From positions 2,294,001-2,358,000 of the forward strand of contig NEEC01000013.1 in assembly GCA_002189035.1 (NCBI GenBank): a stretch of 64,000 nucleotides of DNA. The letters run 5' to 3'. This stretch comes from Utricularia gibba (taxonomy: Eukaryota > Plantae > Magnoliophyta). Positions 24,101 through 39,500 of the stretch are shown here, in pieces (position 1 is the stretch's first letter; every line of letters begins with the position of its first letter). Made by a program: the position numbers and the translations under genes. Under the pieces are notes generated by a model that made no database searches, was not told the origin of the DNA, and saw only the letters and a list, made by a program, of their open reading frames with translations.

Positions 24101-27100
24101 CTATGCTGCTTCTCTGAGTCCTTGCAGGCATGCTTGTAGTGTTCTCTGCACATTGTCAGCAACCGCCCTGAGCCTACCCTGTACAGCAGTAGCAGCAGCA
24201 GCATCTCCTCCGGGTGCAGGTGCTGCGCTTGCCTCCACAGTTCGAGCAACCCTCTGTTTGCAGAGGTCCCAGTCATCTGGCCGCAACCAGCATGCTCTGC
24301 CTCCATGGCTCCCCTCCATTCCAAGCAATGATACATTAGGATTCTCACCAAACAAGTATCTTAAACGAACCGAGACACAGTAGGGCAACCAAGCTGCCCC
24401 ACCAGCAGCGTTGATGTGAGGTATATGGGCAGAGTCCAGAACAATGGTTAATGCAAAGTCAACAGTGCTGTGAGCACGGTCGTAATGGATGTTGCTTTTC
24501 GAGGAGGACTGATTTTCAGTGATGCCATCCTCGGTTGCTCCTCTATGGTTTTCAAGGCACAACTCAATTCGGGATTTTTGAGCTGGGCTTGCATCGGTTC
24601 CTTGTCCTTGGGGCAATCCTTTCTTCCATGCAATGAGCTTCAGGAACTCTTTGAGAACTGAGATTGGCAAGGTCAGTAGAGTAATGAATGATACAACTCT
24701 GGAGGCATCATAAGGTTCTGATGCAACACGGCAACTGAAGTAGTCGCAAATTTCTCCAATCTCAGGTTGAGTTAATTCTTCATGAGCTGTAGTGGTGTTT
24801 GGCTGATATTGCGGATGAAACTTTTTTAAACTGAGGACTTGGAGAAGAAGTTGTACTCTGTGAACACTGACAGCAAACACGTAGCCTCTGCAAAAGCATT
24901 TCAGAAAACAGGTTGGACATGCAATAATGCCATTACACAGGAAGCAAAATTTGTCAAGCCAAAACAACTCAAGTTTCTCATGTATGACACTTTTCTGATA
25001 CATAAAACTCTGATTCAGAAAACTTTACGCCTCTTGATAATCATGCATGTCGAACTTAAAAAACATGCGTGTATAATGCCAAAACTCATTAACTAACAGA
25101 ATAGAACGCAAATATTTCACACCCAAACGGACACATCATAGACGAATCCCTGAATACAAGGAAATAAAAGGAAGTTTTGCAATTAGGGAAGAAGATGACT
25201 TATGCTGAAATAGACAGGTTATGCTGTAATGGATGATGGTGAATAGAATTTACCCGACATGAAAACGCAAGGCTGGCTGCTCCTGGTCCAAATTCAGCAA
25301 TGCACCCTCATTATACTTCAACTTTGACCCAAGGATCTCATTCAGAAGATCTGGCAATTGAGCAAATAGCCATAGTACGCCAAGATACTTAAGAATGACA
25401 CGTAGCACTTTCTTAAGCGCAACCAAGGGAACCCATCCACCACCATATCCTCCGTCATCACCAAGTCCAATAATAGCAGTATTAAGCTCTCCTCTAACGT
25501 GGGAAGGAAAGGCAGAGACAGGAGATCTTCGTAATGGGTTCAGACCAGGTGAACCGGAAGGTGTAGAAAGCACATTTCCAGTGCGTTTCATACCAGCAAC
25601 TGCATTTCCTGTTCTGGAAAATGTGGCAGTGCTTGTGACTTGCCGATTCCCAGCAATAGCAGATAGCTGAGGAGATGAGCTTGCAACTGGAGAGCTAGAG
25701 TTAGAAAATCCAAGTGCCTGTTGAGCACCTAAAAAATTAGAATCCAAGCCATTCAATTCCTGAGCCACATGCTCCATGATAAAAGGCCGAAAGTGTGGAC
25801 AGGGAAGAGATCCTCCAGTGGATGGCCCCACGTTTGGAGGAGTGGCTGGTTGTAACCAGACTTGATCTCCAGCAAAACACCGCATATCAACAGCAAAATT
25901 TCTTCGATAAATTATCCTAACCCAGTATGGGCCTCTCAGCACCACAGAAACATCAATTGGCAATAACGAACTGGGAACAATACCAGGGCCACTTCTCCCA
26001 GCAGCAGCAGCTGCAGCACCAGACACAGATCCTGTATTCTGAGTCCCAACAGGAAGTAATCCTGTGGGTAGCACAGAACTGCTTCCAATGTTGGGTGAAA
26101 CTTGACTACTGGGAGCCTTGGAATTGCTAGGTAAACCTTGAGATGGCACCAGTCCACCCTGCTTTAGGGAAGAGGGGATTGACATCGCGATGCTAGGTAA
26201 TGCAGAAACAGGAGCTGCGCGGGCAGGCCTAGTGGCAGCAGCAAGAGCATGCAACGGTCCCGCAGTTAATTGAATGCAATCCAGAAGGGAAACAACTTCA
26301 CCACCATTTATGAAATCTTCTAGAAACTGTGTAAAAATCCGAATTGCCATCAAGTTAGAGGAGGTATTTTCATGAATGATCCACTCACATAGTCATCAAG
26401 CAATCAACCAATTTAATGACTTCGAATTATTACAGGACCAATGTCTCATGACAGGGCAAAGACTCAGCTGATCAAAACTCTATGCTAGATTGCTTGGAAG
26501 TAGCAAAACATGTATTTGTTGATCCTTGTAAGTAGGTTTGGCTTTAAATGCTAAGGATGGATGTCATTCTTGATGAAATAAACTGGTGATTGATAATTGG
26601 TCAAATAAAAAAAACTGTAAAAAGTGAATCGCTGTTAAAAGTATGTCTCTTGCAAAAATTTCCATGCATAATGCATTTAGCTTTAAATATTCCTTTGGTC
26701 ATCCCTAAGATAAGCTTGCGCATTATCTGTCTGGGTATGAGCAAAAAAGGAAAACAGGTGGTAACAGTAATTTAATGAGTGATGGGCAAAGAAGCAGGAA
26801 GCTGTTAAAACATGCAACCAACAGGAGGAAAATTTTCACATAAATAAAGACTGGAACAAACCTTTGTATGGGGCCAGAGCTGGTCTGGGGATACATGCAT
26901 TCTACATCCCACTTTACCTGACTCCCACTCCACAACAAACCGAGCAACGATCCCTGAAATAAAACTAAACCACAAACTCATGGGCCCAACAGCTTCAATT
27001 CTAAATGCTCTTCTCATTTGTTCAGAAAAACTAGCAGCGCCCTCAAATCCAGTTTTTGGTCCATAGAGAAACTTTTCATCGGTGACTGTATTGTTGTCAT

Positions 27101-30100
27101 GAAATTTACCATCAGTTCTGGGAGTTAGCAGCTTTCGCATCCCAAGGGCAAAACACCTCGCATTTGAAAGCCTTTGCAGATCAGCCACCATCTTACTGAT
27201 GCTGTCATCCTCCACGGTATTGTAGCTCAAAACAACACCTTCAAGATCATAGCGAATGTGGGAGTCCACATCAGATGTATTCGCAATTCGTACACCAGAA
27301 CCCCATGGTGTATTACTGCTCCCCTTTTGGAGCTCCCACAAGTCTCTGTAGTGAGAGTCAATGATCTTAACATCCCAATACAAGTTTCCGGGTCTACCTA
27401 GTCTCAAGCACATACAATTCCATGAATTATCCATGAGAAAAGGAAGTCGGAACCACAAGCAACAGGATGCACTTCTTAGACCTACTTCTTCCACATAGGG
27501 AATGTGAAGTGCTTCCATCTGACTTGTAAGTCGGGCATGCTTAATGCACAAAGAGGAATGCCTGATTATGCGAAGCAGCACAGATACATATATACCAGGA
27601 GATCCATTACCCTTGTTCACGTCATCAATAAGATCTGTAAAACCAAGATCCTCAGTTATATTTGGACGATAGTGAGAAATGAGTGACTGTGCAGGATTTA
27701 GCATTGCATCGCCAGGCTTCCTTCTCTTGCTGGATGGTTCATCAATTTCTAAACATGGGAGGGATGAAAGGGATTTTAACATATCTGACACGGAGCGCTT
27801 GAGCAGTATTCTATCATGTGGAGAAGAACCTTCAATATTTGACGATTTGGGCATACAGGCATCATGCACTGGAGCTGGGAAGAGGGGCAGAAAAAGGCGT
27901 TAGAGATACCAATCTCCTAGAACTAGATAAAAAACAAAAGGCACATTAGTAAAATAAACTTCTTACAATATGTAGAAGCAATGTTGTTATCCGATCCAAG
28001 ATAAGTAGAAGCTCCAGATACACCACTATGAACCAAGCTTTTCGATTCCGTATATTTGAGGCCAGGAAATGGGAGTCGAACAGTAGAATGCTCCGACACA
28101 CCAAGATTTTCCTCATTAATACCTTGAGAATTCGTGTTAACTGAAGTTAGAGATCCAAGAGAAGCCAAATCCTGATCAGATGTTGAAGGTTTAGCGCCAT
28201 GAGAATTCATGGAAAATAATCCATAAGGCCTTGCATTCGAAAGATCAAAGTTGGAAGTAGTGGACTCCTCACTTGAGGCTTTCACCAGATCAAAAACCTC
28301 ATCAACAATAGCAGAGAAATTTTCAGCTGAACCTCCCAGACCACGATTATAAGACAGGGCATGCTCAGAGACATCAGCAACATTAACATCACCAGAAACT
28401 GATTCAGCCATTGGAAGGTCAAGAAGGCTCAAACCAAGTTCATCCCCTGGAGTATGCATTTGAGCCAAATCTAAATTTTTTACCCGAAAAATTTTGGTAA
28501 TGTCACTAAATAATTCAGCTTTTCCTGAAGACTTCAACTTTGCTTCTATTAGCTTAGGACAAGGTTTGAATTCCCTGTCAAGTTGCATCAACAAGAAGTA
28601 AGAACCCCCACCTTCAGGGAAACCCATGAGCAAAGACTCGGAATCATCTAAAATCTCCTTGGGGAGTTTCACTGTTGTTGAACCATGTTCAATTACCTAA
28701 AAGGAGAACAAAAACTTATTATTATGAAAAATGATCAACATAATCCAGCAAGTTTTTGAAATACTTTCCACAAAACCGTGTCACTATTTAGTAGTATAAA
28801 AAATATCCCCCATTTCAAGTATGATTTCATTATTTCAAGTCTTGCACCCATAATACACTTTTTGTGCAATTGGAAATCACAGATCATGGATACCAAGCGA
28901 GGATGGACAAACGGGTTAAGGCATCTTCAAGGTACCCAAGCTCACCATTCCATAAATCAAAAGGATTACTACTTTACCATTGAAATATGACACAGATTTC
29001 AAAAATACATCACATTGGCAGTTGAGCACTTCGATAATGATCACTACAGTATTACTTCTCTAAAGATAACTGAGAAAACACATACCTCAAGGCCTAGGAA
29101 CCTCCCAATGCATGCAAATAAATGTAAAATACTGTTTTTCCTCAAGTTAATGAATGCCTTTGCAGCCGTAATAGTTCCTTGATTCAGTGCTTCTTCATAT
29201 TCAGTCAAAACCTTCGGCAATACTATATTCTTTGGGGAAAAAAGAAGGAAGCGACCATTCCTGCACATTGCGAATTTATATTAACCATAAAATAATATTC
29301 TGGTGTTTGATATCCCATATACCGCAAAAAAGTCCAAGGTGGACATTGTAAATTTCAACAAATTAGGCTTCTAAAACTGTCAGGAACACCTGCAAGTTGA
29401 GTTAAATAAATGTAGAAACAGTTCTCAGGGTTCTTTCAAACTACAAGCATCCATATGAGAATAAGTTTCAAAAACGGGGCTTTCACAAAACATAATTCAA
29501 TGTAAAAATAGAAGAAAAGAAAAACCTTATGTTTATTGCAAGTGAGAAAAACGAACTTCCATAGGCACGAACATGTAGAACTTCTTGGTCATTTTGATTC
29601 TGAAATCAAATGCATCCAAAATAATGTTAGAAATGCATATTGTTGAAATAAAAGAGGGAAATAACAGAATTATGAAGACACGCTCATCTGACTGAAATAT
29701 GACTCACTTAAGAGAAAGAAACTCAACATGGAAAAAACGCTCATAGACTACAGAACTATTAGATAATAAACAGACGTTGAAAAATTATATTTCCAGGTTG
29801 TCTAAGGTCATTTGGATCATGAACATCTGCTCAACATACAGGCACATAAAGAGCATTAAAGCAGATTAGAGGGATATATGAGAATTCTAAATGCATTGGA
29901 ATTTCATCAAACCAACTGAATTGAAAGTAAAATATCAGTATTCATGCTTCATACCTTCTCTTGATCATCAGCATTGTAATGATCCAAACAAAAATGAAGT
30001 TTCACGTCACCAGAGGTTCTGTTTATCTCTCCACTATTATCCAGTTCTTTGTATATCTCAAGCAATCGGGTGTATTTGTTACAGCGAATGGCTCTGAGAA

Positions 30101-32199
30101 GTAGTGACTCAACATCAATGCAACTGCAGTCAAGGGTAAAATCTGCCTCATATCCAGTGACAGGGTCAATCACGAAAGTGCTGTGTAGACACTTTAACTG
30201 CATATCAGGACCTGGTTCAATTTTCAAAAAAGTGGATGCCACAACCTCAGGTGTTCCTATGTTTCTATCAAGATCCACCCAGTACACCACTTTCAGTCCA
30301 GGAGTTCTAAGGAGCGCAGTGTCAGTTTCTCCATCTTGTGCACCATGGACAGATGTAGCGGTTACTCCCTGACCAATCCCATCAGATATGAGATCAAAAC
30401 GAATTGCATCTTTCCATCTACCCTGCCTGAGCACTTGAACTTGTCTTATAATGGTGTCCATAATAAGAGCAAGACAGAGCTCGTGAAGAATGGAATAGAG
30501 TGTAATGAATGGGGTATCAGACGCAGCCATCCTGCGTTCTAGATCATCACCTAAGGCATGCCTTCGTGATTCTTCCAACTTCAAGCGTCCACTCCTCTCA
30601 CCTACAAGCAACTCCAGGTGTAGTATCCTCCACATTGATAGGTGCCCTCGATATCCAAGGGTTACAAGAACTTTAAATTCCCCATCAACACAAAGCAACG
30701 CAACACCATTAGACACATCAACTCGACTTAGTTCCTTCGGAAGTGACATTTCAAGTAATTTTGATCGAACAAGAGTATCAAGTTTCTTGAGAGCTGGCCC
30801 TTGTTCATCCTCAGTCAATGTGTTCTGCATGCCAACATCTTCTATGCATTTTGGTAGACGCTGATATGTCCCAGAAAGAAGCACTTCAATGGCAGATGGA
30901 ACATCATATATGGGGGCACGAGCTTGCTGAAGTCCTTCATGCATAAAAAACATTGAGTCTGCGGCTTGTGTGAAACAAGTGTCATGACTTGACAGAGTCG
31001 ATGACAGCTGCTGACAATACTGTATCAAAGGAACCTGCAAGGAGGAATGATGAAAGAAAATTAGCAAGGACCAAAGGTGGCTTAAAGAAACGAATGAAAA
31101 TGCACGAATATCTTTTTCTTTATTCGAGAAATTAATGAAAAGACAAGGGAACTTGGGATGGAAAAAAAATCATAACTTTCTTGATGATAAGAAAATTAGT
31201 TATCAAAATAGAGCAACACAAATAATTCAACCAATGGAAAACTCCTGTAACACCTATTGATGCATTCAAGTAATATTGATAGTAAAATACAAGATACCTT
31301 AGAGTCATTTCAAAGCATGAGTTAAGCAAAGAACGCTAGCGTAGGATATACAGGAAAACAAATGCAGGATAATAAGAGACGACATATTTCTACTTAGATG
31401 TTGTAAAAAAATTACGGGTACATAAGAAATCTAATAAAAGTTGCTTTTAAGTTCTCAAAATATCTCTAGGAACCTAAGTAGATATATAACTTCGATAAGT
31501 GCAGCATCGCTTAGGACTAAAAGAGGACTAATGGACACACAACAAATTCTGTTAAGGGAGACAAACGCTTAGACGTGTTCATTTTTTACTTGCAGCAGCC
31601 AATTCAAAGCAAGAGTCTGTTTTTTTTTTTTTTTTTGATTATATCGTCTATAGACCATCCATATTCCAACTTCCCAATCCAAGTTGTTTTCCGTACTCAA
31701 AAAAAAAAAAAAAAAAACAGGAACTTCCATATCCTTCAAAGTTAGCTGCAAATATAAGCTGTTCTCATATCTTCAAATCTATGGCTTAAAGCGCGGGATA
31801 AAAAGAACTAGAAAGCTCCACATTCGAAAACTTGGCTTAAATTTTAACACCGCCGTCCACCAAACACCTCAGAAGTAAGAACAATTTCTAGTTCCTAAAA
31901 GTCACCACGCATCGCACAAACCCATCCCAGTAGCACCCCAAAGAAGAGGACGCCAGAAAGGGGAAAAAGGATAAAACCAAAACGAACCTGCTGGCACCAC
32001 TTGGAAAGGACATTAAGGCGCAAAAACCGTTGCTGCGTCTTGACAATGTACTTCAAAATCATAATCTTCTTATCGGAATCAGAGGAGAGGACGGAGGACT
32101 TGGACTTGTCCACCAATTCCTTCAAAGAAGCGTATGATTCCTCCGCGGTTCGCTTGACCAACGCCGCGAAATCCACCATCTCTACCCCGCCTCCACCAT
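24101..32199 (-). CDS. MED14: Mediator subunit 14 (STRUWWELPETER/SWP-like), multi-exon
   Basis: VDFAALVKRTAEESYASLKELVDKSK...KTQQRFLRLNVLSKWCQQ|VPLIQYCQQLSSTLSSHDTCFTQAADSMFFMHEGLQQARAPIYDVPSA...EVLHVRAYGSSFF...HVGGYVFAVSVHRVQLLLQVLS...QRTLQACLQGLREAA*. Start is at 32199 (needs a 1-nt correction) or at 32179. Confidence 0.95.
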
Positions 32200-33142
32200 C
32201 CTCCAACTGCGGGAATCAGCGGCTATCGTCGAATTCTCCAAAGAAGCGGAACTGTCATCGGAGGCACCCTTAGGGTTTGTAGGCGATTGTGAGCAGTTTC
32301 CGGCCCCTCCTCCTCTCTCACTTTTCCCTCCCCGCAACGACCATCTTCAGTGACGAACGTCTTCTTTTAAATGTTGACCTGTCAACGCTATCTACATATT
32401 CAACACAAACAAAGCCCAGCAATTCACCCCTCCATCTTCATCCTAACCAGCATATTTTTTTTCCTTAATTTTTGTATAATATCTAAAAAAGCCGAATCTT
32501 CAATTATTTTTACTCCTATACACAGAAAATAATTTTTGAGTACAAAAATAATATTAAATTGATGCCTACTAATTAAAACCAATTATTGCTATATTTTGCC
32601 CTTCTTTGGGGATGAGCACTCCCACTTTTGAATCTCATGTAGGCAATTACCTAAGAAAATTAATGTTTTTTTCCATATTTAATTTAATTTATGTAATTTT
32701 ATACTATATATACATATAATATTTATCGGATTTAAATAAATATCATAATTTGTCCCCCTCCTCGAATTATGTAAATTGGCAAATACAGGTTTTAACTGGG
32801 TATGTAAACTGAGTTTATGTTTGCTCGTTTGCAAGGTTGTAACTCCGTACCAAATGTAGATTTACTATCAAATCTATCTGAAAGCCTATGCAAACCCACA
32901 TATAAAATGCATCCTGTGTGTTAAAATCAAATTAAATTTATCTCATCACCTATTTATGGATATGAGTGTGGGGGTGACGGAGGGTGATCCAGGGAGCCGA
33001 GCATTGAGGCTACGCCCGGTACCGGTACGGATGCGGGCCGAGCGTTGTGCGGATACCCGGCGGAGCAGGCGGCGTACTCTGGTTTTCATGGATACACGGC
33101 TTGGTTGCTTTACAGATGGGAGAAAGTTGGCTTTTTTCTAGG

Positions 33143-35262
33143 CTATGAAGGAAAAGGATACCTAGAGAGACAGTAATCTCTCCCACGGGAACCACTGCTG
33201 TCTCTGGCCAGGATTCCTTCGACGTCTCCTATGATTCTTGCCAGCCATATCTCCAGGTTCCTCTGGACTTCCTTGAGTGAGAGGTGTGCGCGCCTCAGGG
33301 CCAGCTTCCTCGGCCCGTCTCCCAGGCCATCTTCCATTTGGCACCTCCCCATCTGGGATTGTAAACCCATCAGCTTTTGACCAGCTTCAGATGTGCTCTG
33401 TTGGAGTCGGAAGGCTTCCCGCAGAAACTCAGTCTGCCTCTGCGTTCGGAACTCAGGATTCAGGAGGCTGGCTTCATGTGGATCTTGCTATCAGAGTTCA
33501 AAAAAAGAAAGGTTCACATCAGAAAGTTGATGCCTTTTTGTCTCTGATCTAGCAAACAAGTACAGAGACCTTACCATTCGATGGCAGAGGTCTTCGAGCT
33601 TGCAAGATAGTGTCCGGTACCTCTTAGCCTGTTTTCGCAACTGGGATGCTAACTTTGAGCCATTAGATCCCTTGCATATGGCTCCTAAATCCAGCAGATC
33701 TTGCTCAAGCAGCTTCATTTTAGAGGCAACTCCATTAGACTCCTCACCGTCCATCTTCCAAGGCGACTCTCGTCTGAAACAAGGCACGAACAAGAGAATC
33801 TATTCAGCAACGGTGCGTTCTTAGGGAACCATGTGAAATGAGACTTGGTTACCTTGAGACAACATGCTTCATCTGGTAATGGGATTCAGCCGTCTCTAAC
33901 TGCATGTCCTGCGTAAGCAAATCAGACGAATCTGTTTATGAAGCAGTTAAGAGGATGTTTTGTTGGTTCTCGTGCATCTGCTTTGCATGGCGAAGAGAAA
34001 GCGCAGAATAAACATCCAAGTAGTAGGGATGCAAAACAATGTAATCAATCTGCAGTGCAACACTGAGCATATAAGCAACTACTATCACAACTGAAAAGAT
34101 AGGCAACATCACGAGGTGGGCCTTCTTCATTCTTTAACCTGGATTCTTGAGAAAAAAGCTTGGGATGTTCAAGCATGTGATGCACAGATCACGAGGAATC
34201 CAAATACAAACAGGTAGCATTTTGAAAAGATGCAACAGTAAAAGTAAGAGGATTTTCACCTTTTACATGAAGTAAAAAGTGAAACTTTAAACTACATACA
34301 GTTTTGGCTGGGATGATCTGTGTAGTAAAACAATGAGTCCACCCTATATGCAGGTTATTGGTATTGTGAGGGAAAAAGGCAATGGATTGTGTAGAACGAA
34401 CAAGTTCAGGATGTAGCAAAAAGGGAAACAAAGATAGCAGCGTCTTTTCCTACAGACGCAATTGGCTTTGATACTAATCAGCTAACGCCACATGCTCCAC
34501 TAAATAAGTATCAGATTCAGTGCAACTGAAATCAACGAAGTGACATCAATCCTCAAGCTGGAAGATAAAATTGAAATGCAGAAGCAACAGTGTTACCTGC
34601 CAAAGACTTGCTTTCTCAGACCAGAATTTGGAGGCTGGATGATGAGAATACTCCGGTGGACTAAACCCACAATTGCTCTGACAGTAAACAGATCCAATTT
34701 CTTCTACTGTATCATATTCAAGGGCACCAGAAGCCCCAGCTTTCCCATACCCCATTTCACCCAAATCATCACAATGAGCAGCAGCTCTACTCATAAACTT
34801 GAGCATTTCATCCTTGTCACTAACCTCCCTATTCAGATCATCAATTCTAGCCTTCAACTCAACGTCAGCTCGCTCAAAATCCTCGATCTTACCCTTCAGA
34901 AACGCAATCTCCTCATTGCATTCATCGATCTGCTGACAAAGTCTCTTCTCTTCCAACTGCCAAGCGTGCCTGTGGCTGGCAAAAATCTCGACAACTCTTG
35001 CATTTGCCTTCGAGTCCTCCTTCATCCGGCAACGAAGCTGTCTCAACTCCTCCTCTGCCTCCAAAAGCTTAAAAGACAGGGCCTTGTTTTTGGATTGGAG
35101 ACTAGAAACTAGTGAAGTCGAGTTTCTGGGTAACAACCCAAGAAACACAGCAAAACTTAGGCCTAAATACGAGCATAAAAGTTTACCAACTTGTTCATCA
35201 GAATCACGATGGGGGTCGTTCTCTCGGAAACCGAGGAGATCGCGATCTCCTTGTGAAGCCAT
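33143..35262 (-). CDS. Plant coiled-coil protein of the 'ribonuclease P subunit P38-related' type; exons ~35262-34597, 33909-33851, 33767-33575, 33487-33143
   Basis: SYLGLSFAVFLGLLP...KEDSKANARVVEIFASHRHAWQLEEKRL...PWKMDGEESNGVASKMKLLEQDL...RNLEIWLARIIGDVEGILARD. GT-AG junctions keep the frame. The family name is from recall. Confidence 0.75.
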
Positions 35263-36525
35263 TTCTTCTTCTTCCTTCAAACGCTCAGCCACGAGTGAGA
35301 ATCTTGAATGTCGATGGCCCCGGCCCCCTTTTCTTCCATTTTGCTTTACGGTTGGTTATGATTCCTCTTGGGGGAGTTTTTTTCCTTCTGTTCCTCCCAC
35401 CTCCCACCTCTATGTTGGTAATAAATGCAAAGTGCTCGCTCACTGTCTGAAGCAGCCAAACTGGTGCATTTGGTGGGACCCATGCCTTCTACACACTCTA
35501 TATATTAAAAAATATGACAATATTTTTTATAATATTTTTATATCAAATTCAGGAATGATGTGGGTTTGAATTACAACATCGTTGTCGACATCAATATTAA
35601 ATTACAATTTTCAACTCTTTTATTAAATCTAAGAAATTGGTAAATTTAACATCAGGAATGATGTGGTTTGAATAAATAATAAACTGAAAGAGCAAGATAT
35701 ATTATTGCCACGTGACTAATGCATTTTTATAAAAAAACGTGCAAATTAGGACCATGAATGTAGGAAAAAAATTGTATTCAATTAAAAAATAAAAAATGAA
35801 AATAGCATTATTTTACTGAGTAAAATATTATAATAGTCTAATAAATAAATTGGGAGAAAGCCAGCCAGGCAAGCCCGCCGGTCGAACCGGTACAGTTGGG
35901 TGTTTGAAAAACATAGGGCAGGGACGCAAATATCTCAAGGTAGTCGGGGCGTAATCGTAAAGTCACTCTGCACAACCATCAGGTGCGTCGCCATTTAGTC
36001 TAATAAAAACTATTTATGACTTGAAAGATTCTATAATAATTGAATCATTTATTTTTTAATATTTTATTTATAAAAAATAGAATAATTATTTTAAAAATCA
36101 TATCATAATTCAATTATAATTAAATCACAATTCATTTTTTTTACTTTAAAAATTCATCATCTAAAACGATTCAATCGATTGATCTTTTAACTCCCCATCC
36201 CGTTGTTAAATTGGATTGAGGGAGCACATGTTGGATCACTAACGTAACTCCACAACCAAATGCTCGGTTGGAGCGACGCCTCTTCAGTTTTGTGCATCGG
36301 CAGAATAACTACCGATCAACAGTGAACAGGCACTAACGGTGCCTCCTCCTGTGCCAACACTTGAGCACACAGTCCTCCTATGTATGACTAGCGAACAAGA
36401 ACGAACCTGAGGCGCGCCGCCGAGGACTGTGGCTTGCCTTCCTTCATCAAACGTATGGCGGGTGACTGTTGCTGCATCTCTCAGACAAGTTAGTTACACG
36501 CGAGGGGGGAAGTAGGATGCGCGGC

Positions 36526-39500
36526 TCAGTTTTGATTACGGAGACTCAGTTTTGCACGAAGAGCGTCTATGCTTTCCTTCCGTGCAGGGGAGAAGGCAGC
36601 AGCTGCTTGTGGATCTTTAAGAGCTTCCTTCTCCAGCTTCTTCTTCTCAGCCTCAGCCTGCTGCTCATTTTCTTCATGAGCCTTGTTGAAGATTTTGATG
36701 AAGATTACCAAAGTTTGAGTCACTGCATAGAGATTCAGGATTTGTGTGGTGAGTTTGGAAAAAAATCCTGGAAGGGAGGATTTGTGTAATCAGACTATGA
36801 AAACAAGCCCAATGATGAACTAAGGCACCATCAGGATGCACGGCTGAGGCGCATTATTGAAAAGAATTTATGAAGTGCACACCTTGCTCAAAGGGGCATC
36901 TTGCTGGATCTTCACCAAAATAATGAGACAACGAATCTGCATTTCGTCCCTGTTTATTGCATCACCCGTCAGACATTAGCATGAAGGAAAAAAGGGCAGA
37001 TTCCAAAATATTGCAGAAAAACGAGAGCTCACCACTTCGGAGTACAGGGAGATAAGCGACCTAACTTCAGCCTCGGCTGAATCAAGGAAGCTCTTCAACA
37101 CCTGTTGTGAAAAGTTTCAGAAACCTGCTTGTGGCAAGTTATAAAATGCTAAAATCACGTTGCTATCTGCTGACCAGCTACAGGTGCATTGGGATTATTA
37201 TCAGCACTATAACAGAATCTCACTTTTACTACTTCAGAATAAGTATGGAAGGGAGGCATAAGACGTACCTTCTGGAAGCCTGAAGAAACCGCACCATCAC
37301 TTTCTGCTGTTATGAGTTCCTGCTCAACCTTCTCAAGGCCCTTGCTAACTGCTTGCATTTCTTCAGCTAAAGACTTCAGTTGTATCTAGTTATGGCCGAC
37401 AAAACTTGAGTATTCACATGTTTGGGTTCATGTAAACTTTTCAAAAAAAAAAATCACAAAATAATATAACCAGGTCAAAGAACAAACCTTGGAAGCAGGT
37501 TCTAAATGCACAAGATCCTTACTGAAATCTAGCAACTCCGGCATTTTCTCCGCAAGAATCTGATTTTTCCAGAAAGAATATAAGCTCAAATCAAGTAAAG
37601 TGGAATACAAGAACTAAACGTGATGTTCTGATTGAAACATGAAGAAGTGATGAGTTTGATACATGGAAGAAGTTAGACTGCCCTATTTATCTTTCACTAA
37701 TGTTACTGAATGTGTTTTATCAAAAAAATAAGAAATGTGAAGTGATATCGCATGACAGGTTAATTTTATAGGACTTAAAGCATGGAAAGTAGTGGAGTAA
37801 GATTACAGTTCAAAAAGCTCTACCTTACATAGGTAATGCATTAATGTCATTTTGTTGTTTCTTGCCCGAGTATCAGAAAGTTTGAGAAGGCTGTCCAATT
37901 TGAAACCAACAGCAGAACCTGCATTGTAAGTCAACTGAACGTGAATTAATAATTGAAGCATAAAGGGAGAAATAGGATTGCAAAGAATGCCCATTTTGAC
38001 ACTTATACCTCGTGCAGTGCCTTGATTTAATGCATTTCCTAAAGTAAGAATTGTCTGCATGATTTGGCGCAACTTCAAAGACTCTTTAACCTACATGAAC
38101 AAAAAATATCACATGCCTTTGAAGCACTGACATTCGATACCAATGGCAGCATACCTCTCTCGCAGCATCATTGATTGTGTTCAAGTTACGTTTTAGGTCC
38201 TCTACCTGATGAAAAGCTCTCATAAAAAAAAAAAAAAAACAGGAATAGATAATATATAAAAAAGGGAAATGGTTACTAAATTTACACACCTGAGTCGAAA
38301 AAGTGATTGTAAAAGCAAACACTCTTAATTTGGGTTCCACTCGTGGGACTTTCATCAGTTCCAGGAAGAACTAGTAGAATGGAAACAAAGCATTGGCTGT
38401 ATAAGCAATACCCTTTTCCCAATTAGACATATTTTAAAGGTACCTGTTCGCATTTTCCCAGCATCTCCTTGTCACCTTTGTAGTTCTGGAATAAGAGATT
38501 TAGCCATTGCACCCAAACAGTAAAGAAATGAGATATCATCAAAGTCTGAGAAAGGCATGTATAAATATAGATTTGCAAAATCACTCTGCCTTAATTGCTG
38601 CTTCTTTTTCAGCAAAAAGTTTTAGTCAACAAAACTGAACAAAAAATACTCGTATCATTCCTGAGCATTATTAGAGAGGCTAGCATGCCTTTAACAGAAA
38701 AAGATCTTATGGGGCTGGACTTGATGATATTTTCCCATAGGTCTTAAATCAAACAGAAAATGGGAATAGTAATTATTGTATCGTTCTAAGATCACAATGT
38801 CAACTTCGGTCAATAAGTATGAGAGCAATCCAAGCATGAATTCTGCTTCTCAAACGAACACATCATACAAGTTAGTTACTAGTAACAAAAATAAAAATTT
38901 AAAAGGTTGACAGAAAGTTTGAGAAGGCATTAAATGAAGGGAAAAAATGGTTACCTTAAGTGTTTCCATTTCTTCCTTAGTTGGACAGAACTTTATTAAA
39001 CTCTCAACTTGATCAATGTCCAGAGCAGATGAATCCAGAGCAAGAATCGCTTTCTGAAAGTAGAAAGAATCAATTAAAATGAGTAAAGAGAAAATAAGAG
39101 CAAGGAAACAGCCAAATGAAGGAAAATTCATCAGAAAGTTTTCTGCTGCAAAAGATAGCTGTAAGATCAATTACCAAGAAAAAAAATCATCACTGCAATG
39201 CATTTTTAGCAATAAGAAATTACAAATAGAAATGAGAAGACTCAATTGATTTCGAACCAAAATTCAATTGACTGAAAAATATTGGAAAAACTCAACAGTA
39301 AAAGTATGCATATAATCTAAATACTTGAAAAATGCATGCCAATTTCAGCAGCCATAAGGAAAAGCACAGAAGAAAAAAAAACAGGCTCTTTGGAAAACTA
39401 ATTACAATGTGCAATTGAAGTTCCCGCCAAATATATTTCATTTAAATTCAACTGCAATGTTGGGGTTTTTTTTCGAAGAAAAGCATATCATCAACAGAAA

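Noticed and set aside
33152-33161. U12 donor-like GTATCCTTTT on the minus strand near the end of the P38-related gene
   Set aside because: It simply encodes R-Y-P-F four codons before a normal stop. I found no downstream U12 branch point or exon, unlike the RAD9 case.
36230-36480. GC-richer exon-like stretch downstream of the formin stop
   Set aside because: It could be 3' UTR or an alternative last exon, but I could not build a frame-consistent junction, so it is not supportable without transcript data.
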